Origin: Candidatus Latescibacterota bacterium
GTDB taxonomy: Bacteria > Latescibacterota > UBA2968 > UBA8231
NCBI GenBank assembly: GCA_965221775.1
Contig: CBDCSU010000006.1
Coordinates: 96,001 to 160,000, forward strand
Direction: 5' to 3'
DNA: 64,000 nucleotides
Of the stretch, positions 9,445 to 18,391 are shown piece by piece (positions within the stretch are counted from its first letter, which is position 1; the number at the start of each line of letters is the position of its first letter). The notes below the pieces were generated by a model. It had not been told where the DNA came from. It was given only the letters and a program-made list of their open reading frames with translations, and ran no database searches. A program made the translations under genes and the position numbers.

Positions 9445-9450
9445 TATATT
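9445..9450 (+). promoter_or_regulatory. -10 element (TATATT) of ffh operon
   Basis: TATATT about 40 nt upstream of the ffh start; recurrent motif in this window. Confidence 0.45.
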
Positions 9451-9491
9451 TAGTCGTTTTGCCCCAAGAGGTTACGAGCCCCGGAGGCGGA

Positions 9492-10844
9492 TTGTTCGAG
9501 AGACTGACAGAGCGCTTCGACGATGTCTTCCGCCAGCTGCGCGGCCACGGGCGCATCAGCGAGAAGGCCCTCGACCAGTCCCTGCGCGAGATCCGCCGCG
9601 CCCTCCTCGAGGCGGACGTCAACTTCAAGGTGGCCAGGAGCTTCCTCGGCCGCGTTCGCGAGCGCGCCCTCGGACGCGAGGTCCTGCGCAGCCTCAGCCC
9701 CGGACAGCAGGTGATCAAGGTCGTCCACGAGGAGCTCGTCGCCCTTCTCGGAGGCACCGCCGCGCCGCTGGAGCTGGCGCCGCAGCCGCCGACGGCGGTG
9801 CTCCTCGTCGGTCTGCAGGGCTGCGGCAAGACCACGGTGGCCGCCAAGCTCGCCCGCCACTTCAAGGAGCGGGGGCGCCTCCCGTACCTGGTGGCGGCCG
9901 ACACCTACCGCCCCGCCGCCGTCGAGCAGCTGCGCACCCTCGGGGCCTCCATCGACGTCGGCGTCTTCGGCCCCTCCGAGGCCGGCTCCGAAGACCCGGT
10001 CGAGATCTGCCGCCTCGGCGTGGAGCAGGCCCGCCTCAACAACCGCAGCATCGTCCTCCTCGACACCGCCGGCCGCCTCGGCATCGACGAGGAGATGATG
10101 GCCGAGCTGACGGCCATCCGCGAGGCCGTGCAGCCCCACGAGATCCTCTTCGTCGCCGACGCCATGCTCGGCCAGGACGCGGTGGAGACGGCGAGCCGCT
10201 TCCACGAGCGGCTGGCCTTCCAGGGCGTGGTGCTGACCAAGATGGACTCCGACGCCCGCGGGGGCGCGGCCCTGTCGATCCGCCAGACCACCGGGCAGCC
10301 GATCCGCTACGTCGGCACGGGCGAAACCCTCGAGGGACTGGAGCCCTTCCACCCGGACCGCGTCGCCTCCCGCATCCTGGGGATGGGCGACGTGCTCTCC
10401 CTGGTGGAGAAGGCGGAGCAGAGCTTCGACCGCGAGCAGGCCGCGGCCATGGAGGCTCGCCTGAGCAGGGAGGCCTTCACCTTCGAGGACTTCCAGCAGC
10501 AGCTGCAGGCGGTCCGGGGCATGGGGCCGCTGGACCAGTTGATGGGCATGATCCCCGGCGCCGGCAAGGCGTTGAAGGGGGCCCCCGTCGACGACGGCGC
10601 CTTCACCCGCACCGAGGCGATCATCAACTCCATGACCCTTCAGGAGCGCCGCCGTCCGCAGATCCTCAACGGCAGCCGCCGGCGGCGGATCGCCCGCGGC
10701 AGCGGCACCTCCATCCAGGACGTGAACCGCCTCGTCAAGCAGTTCCACGCCATGCAGAAGATGCTGCGCCAGATGAGCCGGCCGGGGCGCAAGGGACGGG
10801 GCCGGAGGTCCCTGCCCCTGCCCCTGTCCATGCCGGCCCCCTGA
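9492..10844 (+). CDS. ffh: Signal recognition particle protein Ffh
   Basis: ALLEADVN, GLQGCGKTT, DTAGR, TKMDSDARGGAALS, FHPDRVASRILGMGD; TTG start with GGAGG RBS. Confidence 0.97.
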   Translation: MFERLTERFDDVFRQLRGHGRISEKALDQSLREIRRALLEADVNFKVARSFLGRVRERALGREVLRSLSPGQQVIKVVHEELVALLGGTAAPLELAPQPPTAVLLVGLQGCGKTTVAAKLARHFKERGRLPYLVAADTYRPAAVEQLRTLGASIDVGVFGPSEAGSEDPVEICRLGVEQARLNNRSIVLLDTAGRLGIDEEMMAELTAIREAVQPHEILFVADAMLGQDAVETASRFHERLAFQGVVLTKMDSDARGGAALSIRQTTGQPIRYVGTGETLEGLEPFHPDRVASRILGMGDVLSLVEKAEQSFDREQAAAMEARLSREAFTFEDFQQQLQAVRGMGPLDQLMGMIPGAGKALKGAPVDDGAFTRTEAIINSMTLQERRRPQILNGSRRRRIARGSGTSIQDVNRLVKQFHAMQKMLRQMSRPGRKGRGRRSLPLPLSMPAP

Positions 10845-10887
10845 ATCCACTCCGAACCCCACCACCTACTCCAGGAGCGATCGACAC

Positions 10888-11286
10888 TTGGTCAAGCTTC
10901 GACTCAAGAGAATGGGACGCAGGAAGCGCCCCTTCTACCGCATTGTCGCCACGACGGACAATCTCCCCCGTTCCGGCCACTCGCTGCAGGAGCTGGGCAC
11001 GTACGACCCCGTGCACGCGCGCTTCGAGGTCGACGAGGAGGCCGCCGTGGACTGGCTGAAGAAGGGCGCCCAGATGACCCCCACGGTCCACGACCTGCTG
11101 CGCAGCAAGGGCATCCTCGCCCGCTGGCGCGGCTTCGAGGGCGTCGACCGCCAGGGCGCGCTGACCACGGACAAGCCCAAACGCCGCAAGAAGCTCGGCG
11201 CCGCCGCGCCGGCGGAGGCGGAGGGAGCCCCGGAGGAGTCCCCCGAGGCCGCGTCGGGTGAGGGCGGCGAACCGGCAGAGGAGTAG
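10888..11286 (+). CDS. rpsP: 30S ribosomal protein S16 with acidic C-terminal extension
   Basis: VKLRLKRMGRRKRPFYRIV, LGTYDP, WLKKGAQMT; ffh-rimM context. Confidence 0.93.
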   Translation: MVKLRLKRMGRRKRPFYRIVATTDNLPRSGHSLQELGTYDPVHARFEVDEEAAVDWLKKGAQMTPTVHDLLRSKGILARWRGFEGVDRQGALTTDKPKRRKKLGAAAPAEAEGAPEESPEAASGEGGEPAEE

Positions 11287-11827
11287 GGCCGCCGACGGGC
11301 GGGCGCCGGGACGCGTCGCCGTCGGCTTCGCCCGGCGCGCCAAGGGCGTCCGCGGCGAGGTCCTCGTGGAGCCCCTCACCTGGGACCCCGACCGGTTCGA
11401 CGGGTTGGGCGCCGTGCGGCTCGAGCGCGACGGGCAGCCGGATCTCGAGTTGCGGGTCGAGAGGTGCCGTTCGGGCCCCGGGGGCGTACTGGTGAAGTTC
11501 GCCGGCGTCGACTCCCCGGAGGAGGTGCGGGAGGGGATCACGGGCGGATACCTGACGGTCCCCGGAGATCAGGTCGCCCCGCCTCCCGAGGGCCGCTATT
11601 TCGTCTTCGACGTGATCGGCTGCCGGGTCCGGGACGACCGCGGCCGCTGTCTCGGCGAGGTGACCGAGGTGCTGCAGATGCCGGCCAGCGACGTCTTCGC
11701 GGTGCGGCTGGAGGACGGCGGCGAGATCCTGCTGCCGGCGGTCCGGGACTTCGTGACCCGCATCGACGTGGACCGGCGGCGGATCGACGTGCGGGGCGTC
11801 GAGGCACTGCTGGAGCCGGGAGGCTGA
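11258..11827 (+). CDS. rimM: Ribosome maturation factor RimM (start uncertain)
   Basis: GVRGEV, YFVFDVIGC, PASDVF, LLPAV; operon context. Confidence 0.9.
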   Translation: MRAANRQRSRAADGRAPGRVAVGFARRAKGVRGEVLVEPLTWDPDRFDGLGAVRLERDGQPDLELRVERCRSGPGGVLVKFAGVDSPEEVREGITGGYLTVPGDQVAPPPEGRYFVFDVIGCRVRDDRGRCLGEVTEVLQMPASDVFAVRLEDGGEILLPAVRDFVTRIDVDRRRIDVRGVEALLEPGG

Positions 11828-11828
11828 C

Positions 11829-12602
11829 GTGAGGATCGACGTGGTGACCCTGTTCCCGGGGTTCTTCACCCAGCCCCTGGAGACGAGCATCCTGGGCCGG
11901 GCCGCCGCCGGCGGCCACCTGGAGGTGGCCGTGCACGACCTGCGGTCCTGGGCCACCGACCGGCACCGCACCGTCGACGACGCGCCTTTCGGCGGCGGCG
12001 GCGGCATGCTCATCAAGCCCGAGCCCGTGGCCGCCTGCTGGGAGGACCTGGAACTCCACCGGGGCCTGGGCATCTACCTCACCGCCGACGGCGAGCGTTT
12101 CGGCCAGCAGACGGCGGTGGAGCTGTCGCTGCAGCCGCACCTGGTGCTGCTGTGCGGCCACTACAAGGGGGTGGACGAGCGCCTGCGCGAGCGCTGCATC
12201 GACCGCGAGCTGTCCATCGGCGACTACGTGCTCACCGGCGGCGAGACCGCCGCCCTCGTGGTGATCGATGCCGTGACCCGGCTGCTGCCCGGCGTCCTCG
12301 GCGACTTCAGCTCGGCCATGGCCGACTCGTTCCACGACGGGCTCCTCGACTGCCCGTGGTACACGAGGCCCGCCGAGTTCGACGGCCAGCGCGTCCCCGA
12401 GGAGCTGCTCCGCGGCGACCACGGCGAGGTCGAGGCCTGGCGCCGGCGGCAGGCTCTGCGCCGCACCTTCGAGCGCCGGCCCGACCTGCTGCCCGCGGCG
12501 GACCTGGACGAGAGGGAGCTGCGGCTGGTGCAGGAGTGGTCAAAGGAGCGAGAGGCCGGCGGGGGCCGGTCCCAACCATCACTGGAGAGAGAGAGGGTTT
12601 GA
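11829..12602 (+). CDS. trmD: tRNA (guanine37-N1)-methyltransferase
   Basis: VTLFP, VDDAPFGGGGGM, CGHYKGVDER, SIGDYVLTGGE. Confidence 0.97.
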   Translation: MRIDVVTLFPGFFTQPLETSILGRAAAGGHLEVAVHDLRSWATDRHRTVDDAPFGGGGGMLIKPEPVAACWEDLELHRGLGIYLTADGERFGQQTAVELSLQPHLVLLCGHYKGVDERLRERCIDRELSIGDYVLTGGETAALVVIDAVTRLLPGVLGDFSSAMADSFHDGLLDCPWYTRPAEFDGQRVPEELLRGDHGEVEAWRRRQALRRTFERRPDLLPAADLDERELRLVQEWSKEREAGGGRSQPSLERERV

Positions 12603-12950
12603 ATGGACACAGGTATCATGCGGGAGATCACGGCCGACCAGGTGCGCACCGATCTCCCTGAGTTCCTGCCCGGAGACTCGCTGCGCATCCACGTCCGCGT
12701 CATCGAGGGCGAGAAGGAGCGCACCCAGGTCTTCGAGGGAGACGTCATCCAGCGCAAGGGCAGCGGCATCCACGAGACCTTCACCGTCCGCAAGGTGAGC
12801 CAGGGCGTGGCGGTGGAGCGGATCTTCCCCCTGCACTCGCCGCGCATCCTGAGGATCGAGCGCCTGCGCCGGGGCCGCGTGCGCCGGGCGCGCCTGTTCT
12901 ACCTCCGCAACCGCAAGGGACGCTCCGCCCGCATCCGCGAGAAGCGCTGA
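12603..12950 (+). CDS. rplS: 50S ribosomal protein L19
   Basis: [38 protein letters not shown]. Confidence 0.97.
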   Translation: MDTGIMREITADQVRTDLPEFLPGDSLRIHVRVIEGEKERTQVFEGDVIQRKGSGIHETFTVRKVSQGVAVERIFPLHSPRILRIERLRRGRVRRARLFYLRNRKGRSARIREKR

Positions 12951-12961
12951 AGGAGAGCCCC

Positions 12962-13219
12962 GTGTCAGCACCTCCCGCACTGCCTTTCACCCGCCGGAAC
13001 TGGATCCTCTTCCTCGCCGGCCTGGGGGTCATCGCCGTCGGCTACGTGCTGCTGCGCATCCCCCCGGTCGATGGATTCCTGTCCCTCACGGCGGCGCCCA
13101 TCCTGCTGGTGGCCGGCTACTGCGTGATCCTGCCGGCGGCGATCCTGGTCCGCCACCGCAACCGCAACGGCGGCGGTGAGACGACCGGCGATTCCGAGGC
13201 CGGTGAGCCGCGATCATGA
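12962..13219 (+). CDS. Small 2-TM protein (DUF3098-like)
   Basis: FTRRNWILF.AGL.VI..GY and SLTAAPILLVAGY pattern. Confidence 0.7.
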   Translation: MSAPPALPFTRRNWILFLAGLGVIAVGYVLLRIPPVDGFLSLTAAPILLVAGYCVILPAAILVRHRNRNGGGETTGDSEAGEPRS

Positions 13220-14040
13220 CGGAAGCCACCCTCCCCCACCCCGCGGGCCTCTACAACGCCGAGCGCGCCGCCCGGCTGGTGGAGAGTCTCGACTCCGTCG
13301 GCGAGGCGGAACGCGCCTTCTTCCACGACCAGGGTTACCTGGCCGTGCGCCGGGCCGTCTCCCGGCAGCGGATCCGGGCCGCGTCGGCCGCAGTGGACTC
13401 CCTCATCGACGGCGGCGATCCCTCGTTCCGCGGCGTGCAGTTCGAGGCCGGCGGCCGCCGGCAGGCGACGATTCGCCGACGCCGGCTGGGCGTGCGCAAG
13501 CTGATGAAGTTCGTCGACTACCATCCGGCGCTGAAGGAGCTGAGCGAGGACCCGGACCTGCTGGGCCTGGTGAGCTACCTCATGGATGGGCAGACCCCGC
13601 GGATGTTCCAGGACATGGCTCTGCTCAAGCCGCCGGGGGGCCGGGAGAAGCCCTGGCACCAGGACATGGCCTACTTCAACGTGTCGCTGGACACGCCCGT
13701 CATCGGCCTGTGGATCGCCCTCGACGAGGCGACAGCGGCCAACGGCGCCCTCCACGTCATCCCCGGTTCCCACCGCGAGGGCCCGAGGAACCACTTCAGC
13801 CGCCGCGACTGGCAGATCTGCGACACCGACGTCGCCCCCGGCCGCGACGTGGTCGTGCCCCTCCCCCCGGGGGGCATCCTCCTGTGGCACGGCCTGACCC
13901 ACCACGGCAGTCCGGTGAACCACTCCCGCCGCCGGCGACGGGCCCTGCAGTTCCACTACCGGCCCGCCGCCGCCGAAGAGACCACCACCGAGGAACGGAT
14001 GCAGGTCTACGGCGGCGAGGTGCGCGGCGCCGAGTGCTGA
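13216..14040 (+). CDS. Phytanoyl-CoA dioxygenase (PhyH) family Fe/2OG oxygenase
   Basis: FFHDQGY, KPWHQD (HxD), WIALDEA..NGAL.VIPGSH, THHGS..N....RR. Confidence 0.9.
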   Translation: MTEATLPHPAGLYNAERAARLVESLDSVGEAERAFFHDQGYLAVRRAVSRQRIRAASAAVDSLIDGGDPSFRGVQFEAGGRRQATIRRRRLGVRKLMKFVDYHPALKELSEDPDLLGLVSYLMDGQTPRMFQDMALLKPPGGREKPWHQDMAYFNVSLDTPVIGLWIALDEATAANGALHVIPGSHREGPRNHFSRRDWQICDTDVAPGRDVVVPLPPGGILLWHGLTHHGSPVNHSRRRRRALQFHYRPAAAEETTTEERMQVYGGEVRGAEC

Positions 14041-14163
14041 CCGGACCTTCCTGAGCCGAACCACCGGGAGTCGAGGGGTCACCGCTCCCGCTCTCCCGGT
14101 GCCGCGGGCCTGCGGGCACGGGCTTTGCCGACGCCCGGTCGCGACGCCCGCCGGAGCGGGACC

Positions 14164-15669
14164 TCAGCCGCCCGCAGACCCGGCCGCGGCGGCACTGGAG
14201 ACGGTGAGCAGGTCCAGCTGGCTCTCCCCCGCCGAATCGGTGGCCTCGCAGCCGGCGAAGGGGTGGCCGCCGCCGATGCAGTAGGTGCACAGCCGCCCGG
14301 AGTCGAGGCCGAGCCGCTCGAAGGCGCGCATCATGCCGCGGGTGGAGATGTAGACCACGGGCAGGCCCATCTTCTCGCTGATCTCCCGGGACTCCCGGCC
14401 GCGGGCGATGAACTCCTCGCCTTTCGGCGGCGCCGGCGGCATGTCCACCCCGAACATGCATCCCCGCGGCACTCCGTCCTCGGGTACGATACCGATGGGC
14501 GGGGTGTACGAGGCCACGTAGGCCTTCTTCACGCCGAGGTCGTCGTAGAGCAGGTTGCGGGCGCGGACCAGGTTGTTGCCGCGCACGATGCTGTCGTCGA
14601 TGAACAGCACCGTCTTCCCCGACAGGCGCGGGCGCAGGCCGGGCAGCAGATGCAGGTTGTCGTCGATCGACCGCCTCCGGTCCCGGGCCGTCGACCCCTG
14701 GAAGGACCGCTCGCCCCGCATCTTGTAGAAGACGGGCATGAAGGGCAGACCCCGGACCTGGGCATAGGAGCGCGCCGCCACCTCGGGGCACCGCGGCAGG
14801 AAGGTGACCACATCCACGTCGGAGGGGGTGAACTCCTCGGCCAGGATCTCCCCCAGCTGCTCGCGGACCCGGCGGGCGGCGACGTGGTTGATGATCGAGT
14901 CGACGTCGGAGATGTAGTTCCACTCGAAGAAACAGTGACGCGGCTGCGGCTCGACCAGGAGTTCCTTGGAGTACTCCCCCTCCGGGGACAGGTAGTAGAG
15001 CGACCCGGGGTCGAGATCCTCGATGTACTCGCCGCCGTTCTTGCGGAAGGCGATGTCCTCGGAGGCGACGCCGTACTTGCCGTCCTTCCAGCCCAGGACC
15101 CCCGGCTTGATGCCGGTGCGGTCGCGCAGGACGATCACGTCGCGCTTGCGCCAGTCGGCGATGGCCATCGTGTAGGCGCCGGGGACCCGGTGGAGGAAGG
15201 CCTCCTCGCCGTCGCGCCGGTAGAGGTAGAGGAGGGCCTCGGTGTCGCAGGTCGACTTCATCTGTGAGAGATCGAGGCCGTCGAAGTACTCGAAGTCGAT
15301 CTGGCCGTTGTGGACGGCGGCCATCTGACAGTCGCGGATCAGTATGTGGCTGCCCCGGTCCTCCACCTGGCCCCCGAGCACGTGGGGGTGGGCGTCGTCG
15401 AGGATCTCGTCCTTGCGGCCCTGCGTGGCGTAGCGCACGTGGGCCATGTAGGTGTGGTAGCTGGGGCTGGGGAAGATCTTGTGGAGGTCGGTGATGTCGA
15501 AGCGGTCGACGCCGCCCGCCCACTTGATGACGTCGATCCGGCCTTCGCCGACGGCGGCGATCCCCGCCGCTTCCCGGCCCCGGTGCTGCAGGGCTCGGAG
15601 GAAGGAGTAGGCGTCGTGGAGGGTATGGGCGACGCAGAATCCGCAGTTGTGGCGGACGGCGCCTTCCAT
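14164..15669 (-). CDS. purF: Amidophosphoribosyltransferase
   Basis: Short propeptide then Ntn Cys (NCG), LQHRG, HVRYAT, HNG, DDSIVRG PRPP motif, Fe-S Cys (CFFE, GCMFG, CTYC). Confidence 0.88.
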   Translation of the reverse strand: MEGAVRHNCGFCVAHTLHDAYSFLRALQHRGREAAGIAAVGEGRIDVIKWAGGVDRFDITDLHKIFPSPSYHTYMAHVRYATQGRKDEILDDAHPHVLGGQVEDRGSHILIRDCQMAAVHNGQIDFEYFDGLDLSQMKSTCDTEALLYLYRRDGEEAFLHRVPGAYTMAIADWRKRDVIVLRDRTGIKPGVLGWKDGKYGVASEDIAFRKNGGEYIEDLDPGSLYYLSPEGEYSKELLVEPQPRHCFFEWNYISDVDSIINHVAARRVREQLGEILAEEFTPSDVDVVTFLPRCPEVAARSYAQVRGLPFMPVFYKMRGERSFQGSTARDRRRSIDDNLHLLPGLRPRLSGKTVLFIDDSIVRGNNLVRARNLLYDDLGVKKAYVASYTPPIGIVPEDGVPRGCMFGVDMPPAPPKGEEFIARGRESREISEKMGLPVVYISTRGMMRAFERLGLDSGRLCTYCIGGGHPFAGCEATDSAGESQLDLLTVSSAAAAGSAGG

Positions 15670-15762
15670 CGAGCTAGTTCACCGGCCCGGCGGCGCGGCT
15701 CCAGGCCGGGCCGCCGTCTCTGTCACTTGTCGTCACCAGAGTCCATCCCGTCGTCTCGCGAG

Positions 15763-15768
15763 AATATA
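15763..15768 (-). promoter_or_regulatory. -10 element (TATATT) upstream of purF
   Basis: AATATA on plus strand in the intergenic gap. Confidence 0.4.
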
Positions 15769-15798
15769 CGGCCGCTCCAACCTCGCGGATACACCGCC

Positions 15799-16632
15799 TC
15801 AAGGCCACCGGGTCTCGAACTCGTCCCGGCCGGACCCGTAGACCAGGTCTCCGTAGGCGCGCCAGCCAGCGATCTCGGACTCGGTGGGATCCGGCGCCCC
15901 CAGGACGGCGAGGTTGGCCCGCAGCTCCTCGAGGCTCCCCGGCGCCGTGAGGGCCACCTGCACGGCGTCGTGTCCGAGGGCGAAGCGGTAGCAGTCGGCG
16001 GCCGTGGGGACCGGCCCCGACCAGCCGGGATGACCGGCCGGCAGCCCGCCCCAGCGCGTGCAGGTGAAGGCGACCACGGGGATGCGCCGCTCCAGGGCGG
16101 CGGGCAGCACGGCTTCCTCGGCGCCCCGGTGGGCCATGTTGTAGCGGTGCATGAGCACGTCGATGCGGCCGCTCTCCAGGAGCCGCCGCGCCAGGGGCCG
16201 GCTGTGCGCCGTGGCGCCCACGTAGCGGATCCGGCCCGCCTCCTTCCACCCGTGCAACAGCCCGACGACGCCGTCGTCGGCGAGGAGCCCGTCCACGTCG
16301 TCGCCGGGATGCACGTACTCGGCGTAGAACAGGTCGACGGGAGCCGGCGACAGCCTCTGCTCCACCTGGCACAGGTAGTCCTCCACCTGCGCCGGGTCCC
16401 GGCTCTCGGAGCCGGTGGCGCGGAAGACGTCCCTCCGGCCGCCGAGCCCGGCGAGGCCGTCGACGAGACCGGTGAAGCCGAGGTTGTAGAAGAAGAACAG
16501 GTTGACGCCCGCCTCGAGGGCGGCGGGCACGCAACCCGGGTCGGTCTTCGGGTGGCCCGCCAGCCCGAGGCGGGAGACGGGGCGGCCGTCGGCGCAGAGC
16601 AGGGGCCGGTCCGCCCCGGCCGGCGCCGTCAG
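15799..16632 (-). CDS. Aldo/keto reductase family protein (probable CTG start)
   Basis: VSRLGL, GRIRYVGATAH, DVLMHRYN, VALTAPGSLEELRANL; CTG overlaps the P-II stop (CTGA). Confidence 0.8.
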   Translation of the reverse strand: MTAPAGADRPLLCADGRPVSRLGLAGHPKTDPGCVPAALEAGVNLFFFYNLGFTGLVDGLAGLGGRRDVFRATGSESRDPAQVEDYLCQVEQRLSPAPVDLFYAEYVHPGDDVDGLLADDGVVGLLHGWKEAGRIRYVGATAHSRPLARRLLESGRIDVLMHRYNMAHRGAEEAVLPAALERRIPVVAFTCTRWGGLPAGHPGWSGPVPTAADCYRFALGHDAVQVALTAPGSLEELRANLAVLGAPDPTESEIAGWRAYGDLVYGSGRDEFETRWP

Positions 16633-16967
16633 ATCGCCGATTCCCCGGTCTCCCCGGTGCGGATGCGGACCACCTCGTCGACGGAGAGCACGAAGATCTT
16701 GCCGTCGCCGATCTGTCCGGTGCCGGCCGCTTCCTTCACCGCGTCGATGCAGCGCTGGGCGATCGAGTCGGCCACGACCACGTCGATCTGCAGTTTCGGC
16801 GTGAAGTCGATGTTGTACTCGGAGCCGCGGTAGATCTCCCGGTGCCCCTTCTGCCGCCCGAATCCCTTCACCTCGCTCACCGTCATGCCCATCACGCCCA
16901 GCTCGCTCAGGGCCTCCTTGACCCTCTCGAGCGCGTTGGGACGAACGATGCACTTCAGCAGCTTCAT
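16629..16967 (-). CDS. glnK: P-II nitrogen regulatory protein
   Basis: GMTVSEVKGFGRQKG, YRGSEY, TGQIGDGKIF, RIRTGE; adjacent to amtB. Confidence 0.93.
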   Translation of the reverse strand: MKLLKCIVRPNALERVKEALSELGVMGMTVSEVKGFGRQKGHREIYRGSEYNIDFTPKLQIDVVVADSIAQRCIDAVKEAAGTGQIGDGKIFVLSVDEVVRIRTGETGESAI

Positions 16968-16979
16968 GGCCTCCTCCCT

Positions 16980-18353
16980 TCAGACCTCCGAATAGTAGCC
17001 CTGCTCGTTGTGCAGGGAGATGTCCAGACCGCGGTCCTCCTCCTCCTCGTCGACGCGCAGGCCGATGACGGCATCGACGGCCTTGAGGATGACGAAGGAG
17101 AGCGCGGCGCAGTAGATGGTGGTGACGAGCACGCCCACGACCTGGGCCCACACCTGGCTGCCCATGGTGTGGGTCACTCCGGCGGCGGTGCCGGAGAAGC
17201 CCTGTCCGCCGAGAGACTCGGCGGCGAATACACCGGTGAGGATGGCGCCGGCCATGCCGCCGATGCCGTGGACGCCGAAGACGTCGAGGGAGTCGTCGTA
17301 GCCGAGACGCGGCTTGAGGCTGGTGACGCCCAGGAAGCACAGCACCCCGGCGGCGGCGCCGATGGCGATCGCCCCGAGGGGGCCGACGCTGCCCGAGGCC
17401 GGGGTGATGGCCACCATGCCCCCCACCGCCCCGGTGACGATGCCGAGGACACTCGCCTTGCCGTGCTTGATCCACTCCGCCACCATCCACGCGGCGGCGG
17501 CGGCGGCGGTGGCCACCTGGGTGACGAGCATGGCCATGCCCGCGGCGCCGTCGGCGGCCAGGGCCGAGCCGGCGTTGAAGCCGAACCAGCCGACCCACAG
17601 CATGGAGGCGCCGATGACGGTGATCACCAGGCTGTGGGGCGGGATGAGGGTGTCGGGATGGCCGCGGCGCCTGCCGATGACCAGGGCCGCCACCAGGGCG
17701 GCGACGCCGGAGTTGATGTGGACCACGGTGCCGCCGGCGAAGTCGATGATGCCCCGGTCCCAGAAGAAGGCGCCGTCGCCGCTCCAGGTCATGTGGCAGA
17801 TCGGCGCGTAGACCACCGTCGACCAGACGACCATGAAGAGCAGCATGGCCGAGAACTTCATGCGCTCGGCGAAGGCGCCGACGATCAGGGCCGGGGTGAT
17901 GATGGCGAAGGTCAGCTGGAAGGTGACGAAGACCGTCTCGGGCACCGTGCCGGTGAGGGCGTCGATGCCGACGCCGCGCAGCAGGGCCTTGTCGAGGCCG
18001 CCCACGAAGGAGGCGGCGTTGGTGACGCCCAGTTCCATCCCCGCGGTGTCGAAGGCCAGGCTGTAGCCCCAGACGACCCAGACCAGGGTCATCACCGCCG
18101 CCAGGGCGAAGCACTGCATCAGCACGGAGAGCACGTTCTTCGTGCGCACGAGGCCGCCGTAGAACAGAGCCAGCCCGGGGATCGTCATGGACAGCACGAG
18201 GGCCGTGGAGGTCAGCATCCAGGCCGTGTCCCCGGAGTCGAGGCCCTCGGCCCCGGCCGCCGCCGGGGCCAGGAGCCAGGTGAGCATGGCGCCGCACAGG
18301 ACCGCCCGGCGGCGGTCCCGGGGCCCGTTCTTCGATGAGGCTGTTTCTGCCAT
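16980..18353 (-). CDS. amtB: Ammonium transporter
   Basis: GDTAWML.ST, PGLALFYGGLVR, FAIITPALI.GA.AER, DFAGGTVVH, LWVGWFGFNAGS, DDSLDVFGVHG. Confidence 0.97.
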   Translation of the reverse strand: MAETASSKNGPRDRRRAVLCGAMLTWLLAPAAAGAEGLDSGDTAWMLTSTALVLSMTIPGLALFYGGLVRTKNVLSVLMQCFALAAVMTLVWVVWGYSLAFDTAGMELGVTNAASFVGGLDKALLRGVGIDALTGTVPETVFVTFQLTFAIITPALIVGAFAERMKFSAMLLFMVVWSTVVYAPICHMTWSGDGAFFWDRGIIDFAGGTVVHINSGVAALVAALVIGRRRGHPDTLIPPHSLVITVIGASMLWVGWFGFNAGSALAADGAAGMAMLVTQVATAAAAAAWMVAEWIKHGKASVLGIVTGAVGGMVAITPASGSVGPLGAIAIGAAAGVLCFLGVTSLKPRLGYDDSLDVFGVHGIGGMAGAILTGVFAAESLGGQGFSGTAAGVTHTMGSQVWAQVVGVLVTTIYCAALSFVILKAVDAVIGLRVDEEEEDRGLDISLHNEQGYYSEV

Positions 18354-18391
18354 GGTGCCCTTTCCGTGATGATGCGGCTTCTGTGGCCGGG

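Noticed and set aside
14200-14225. QLDLL at the PurF C-terminus (also in ApgM) as clamp-binding motifs
   Set aside because: Metabolic enzymes with no DNA role; shows the pentapeptide can occur by chance
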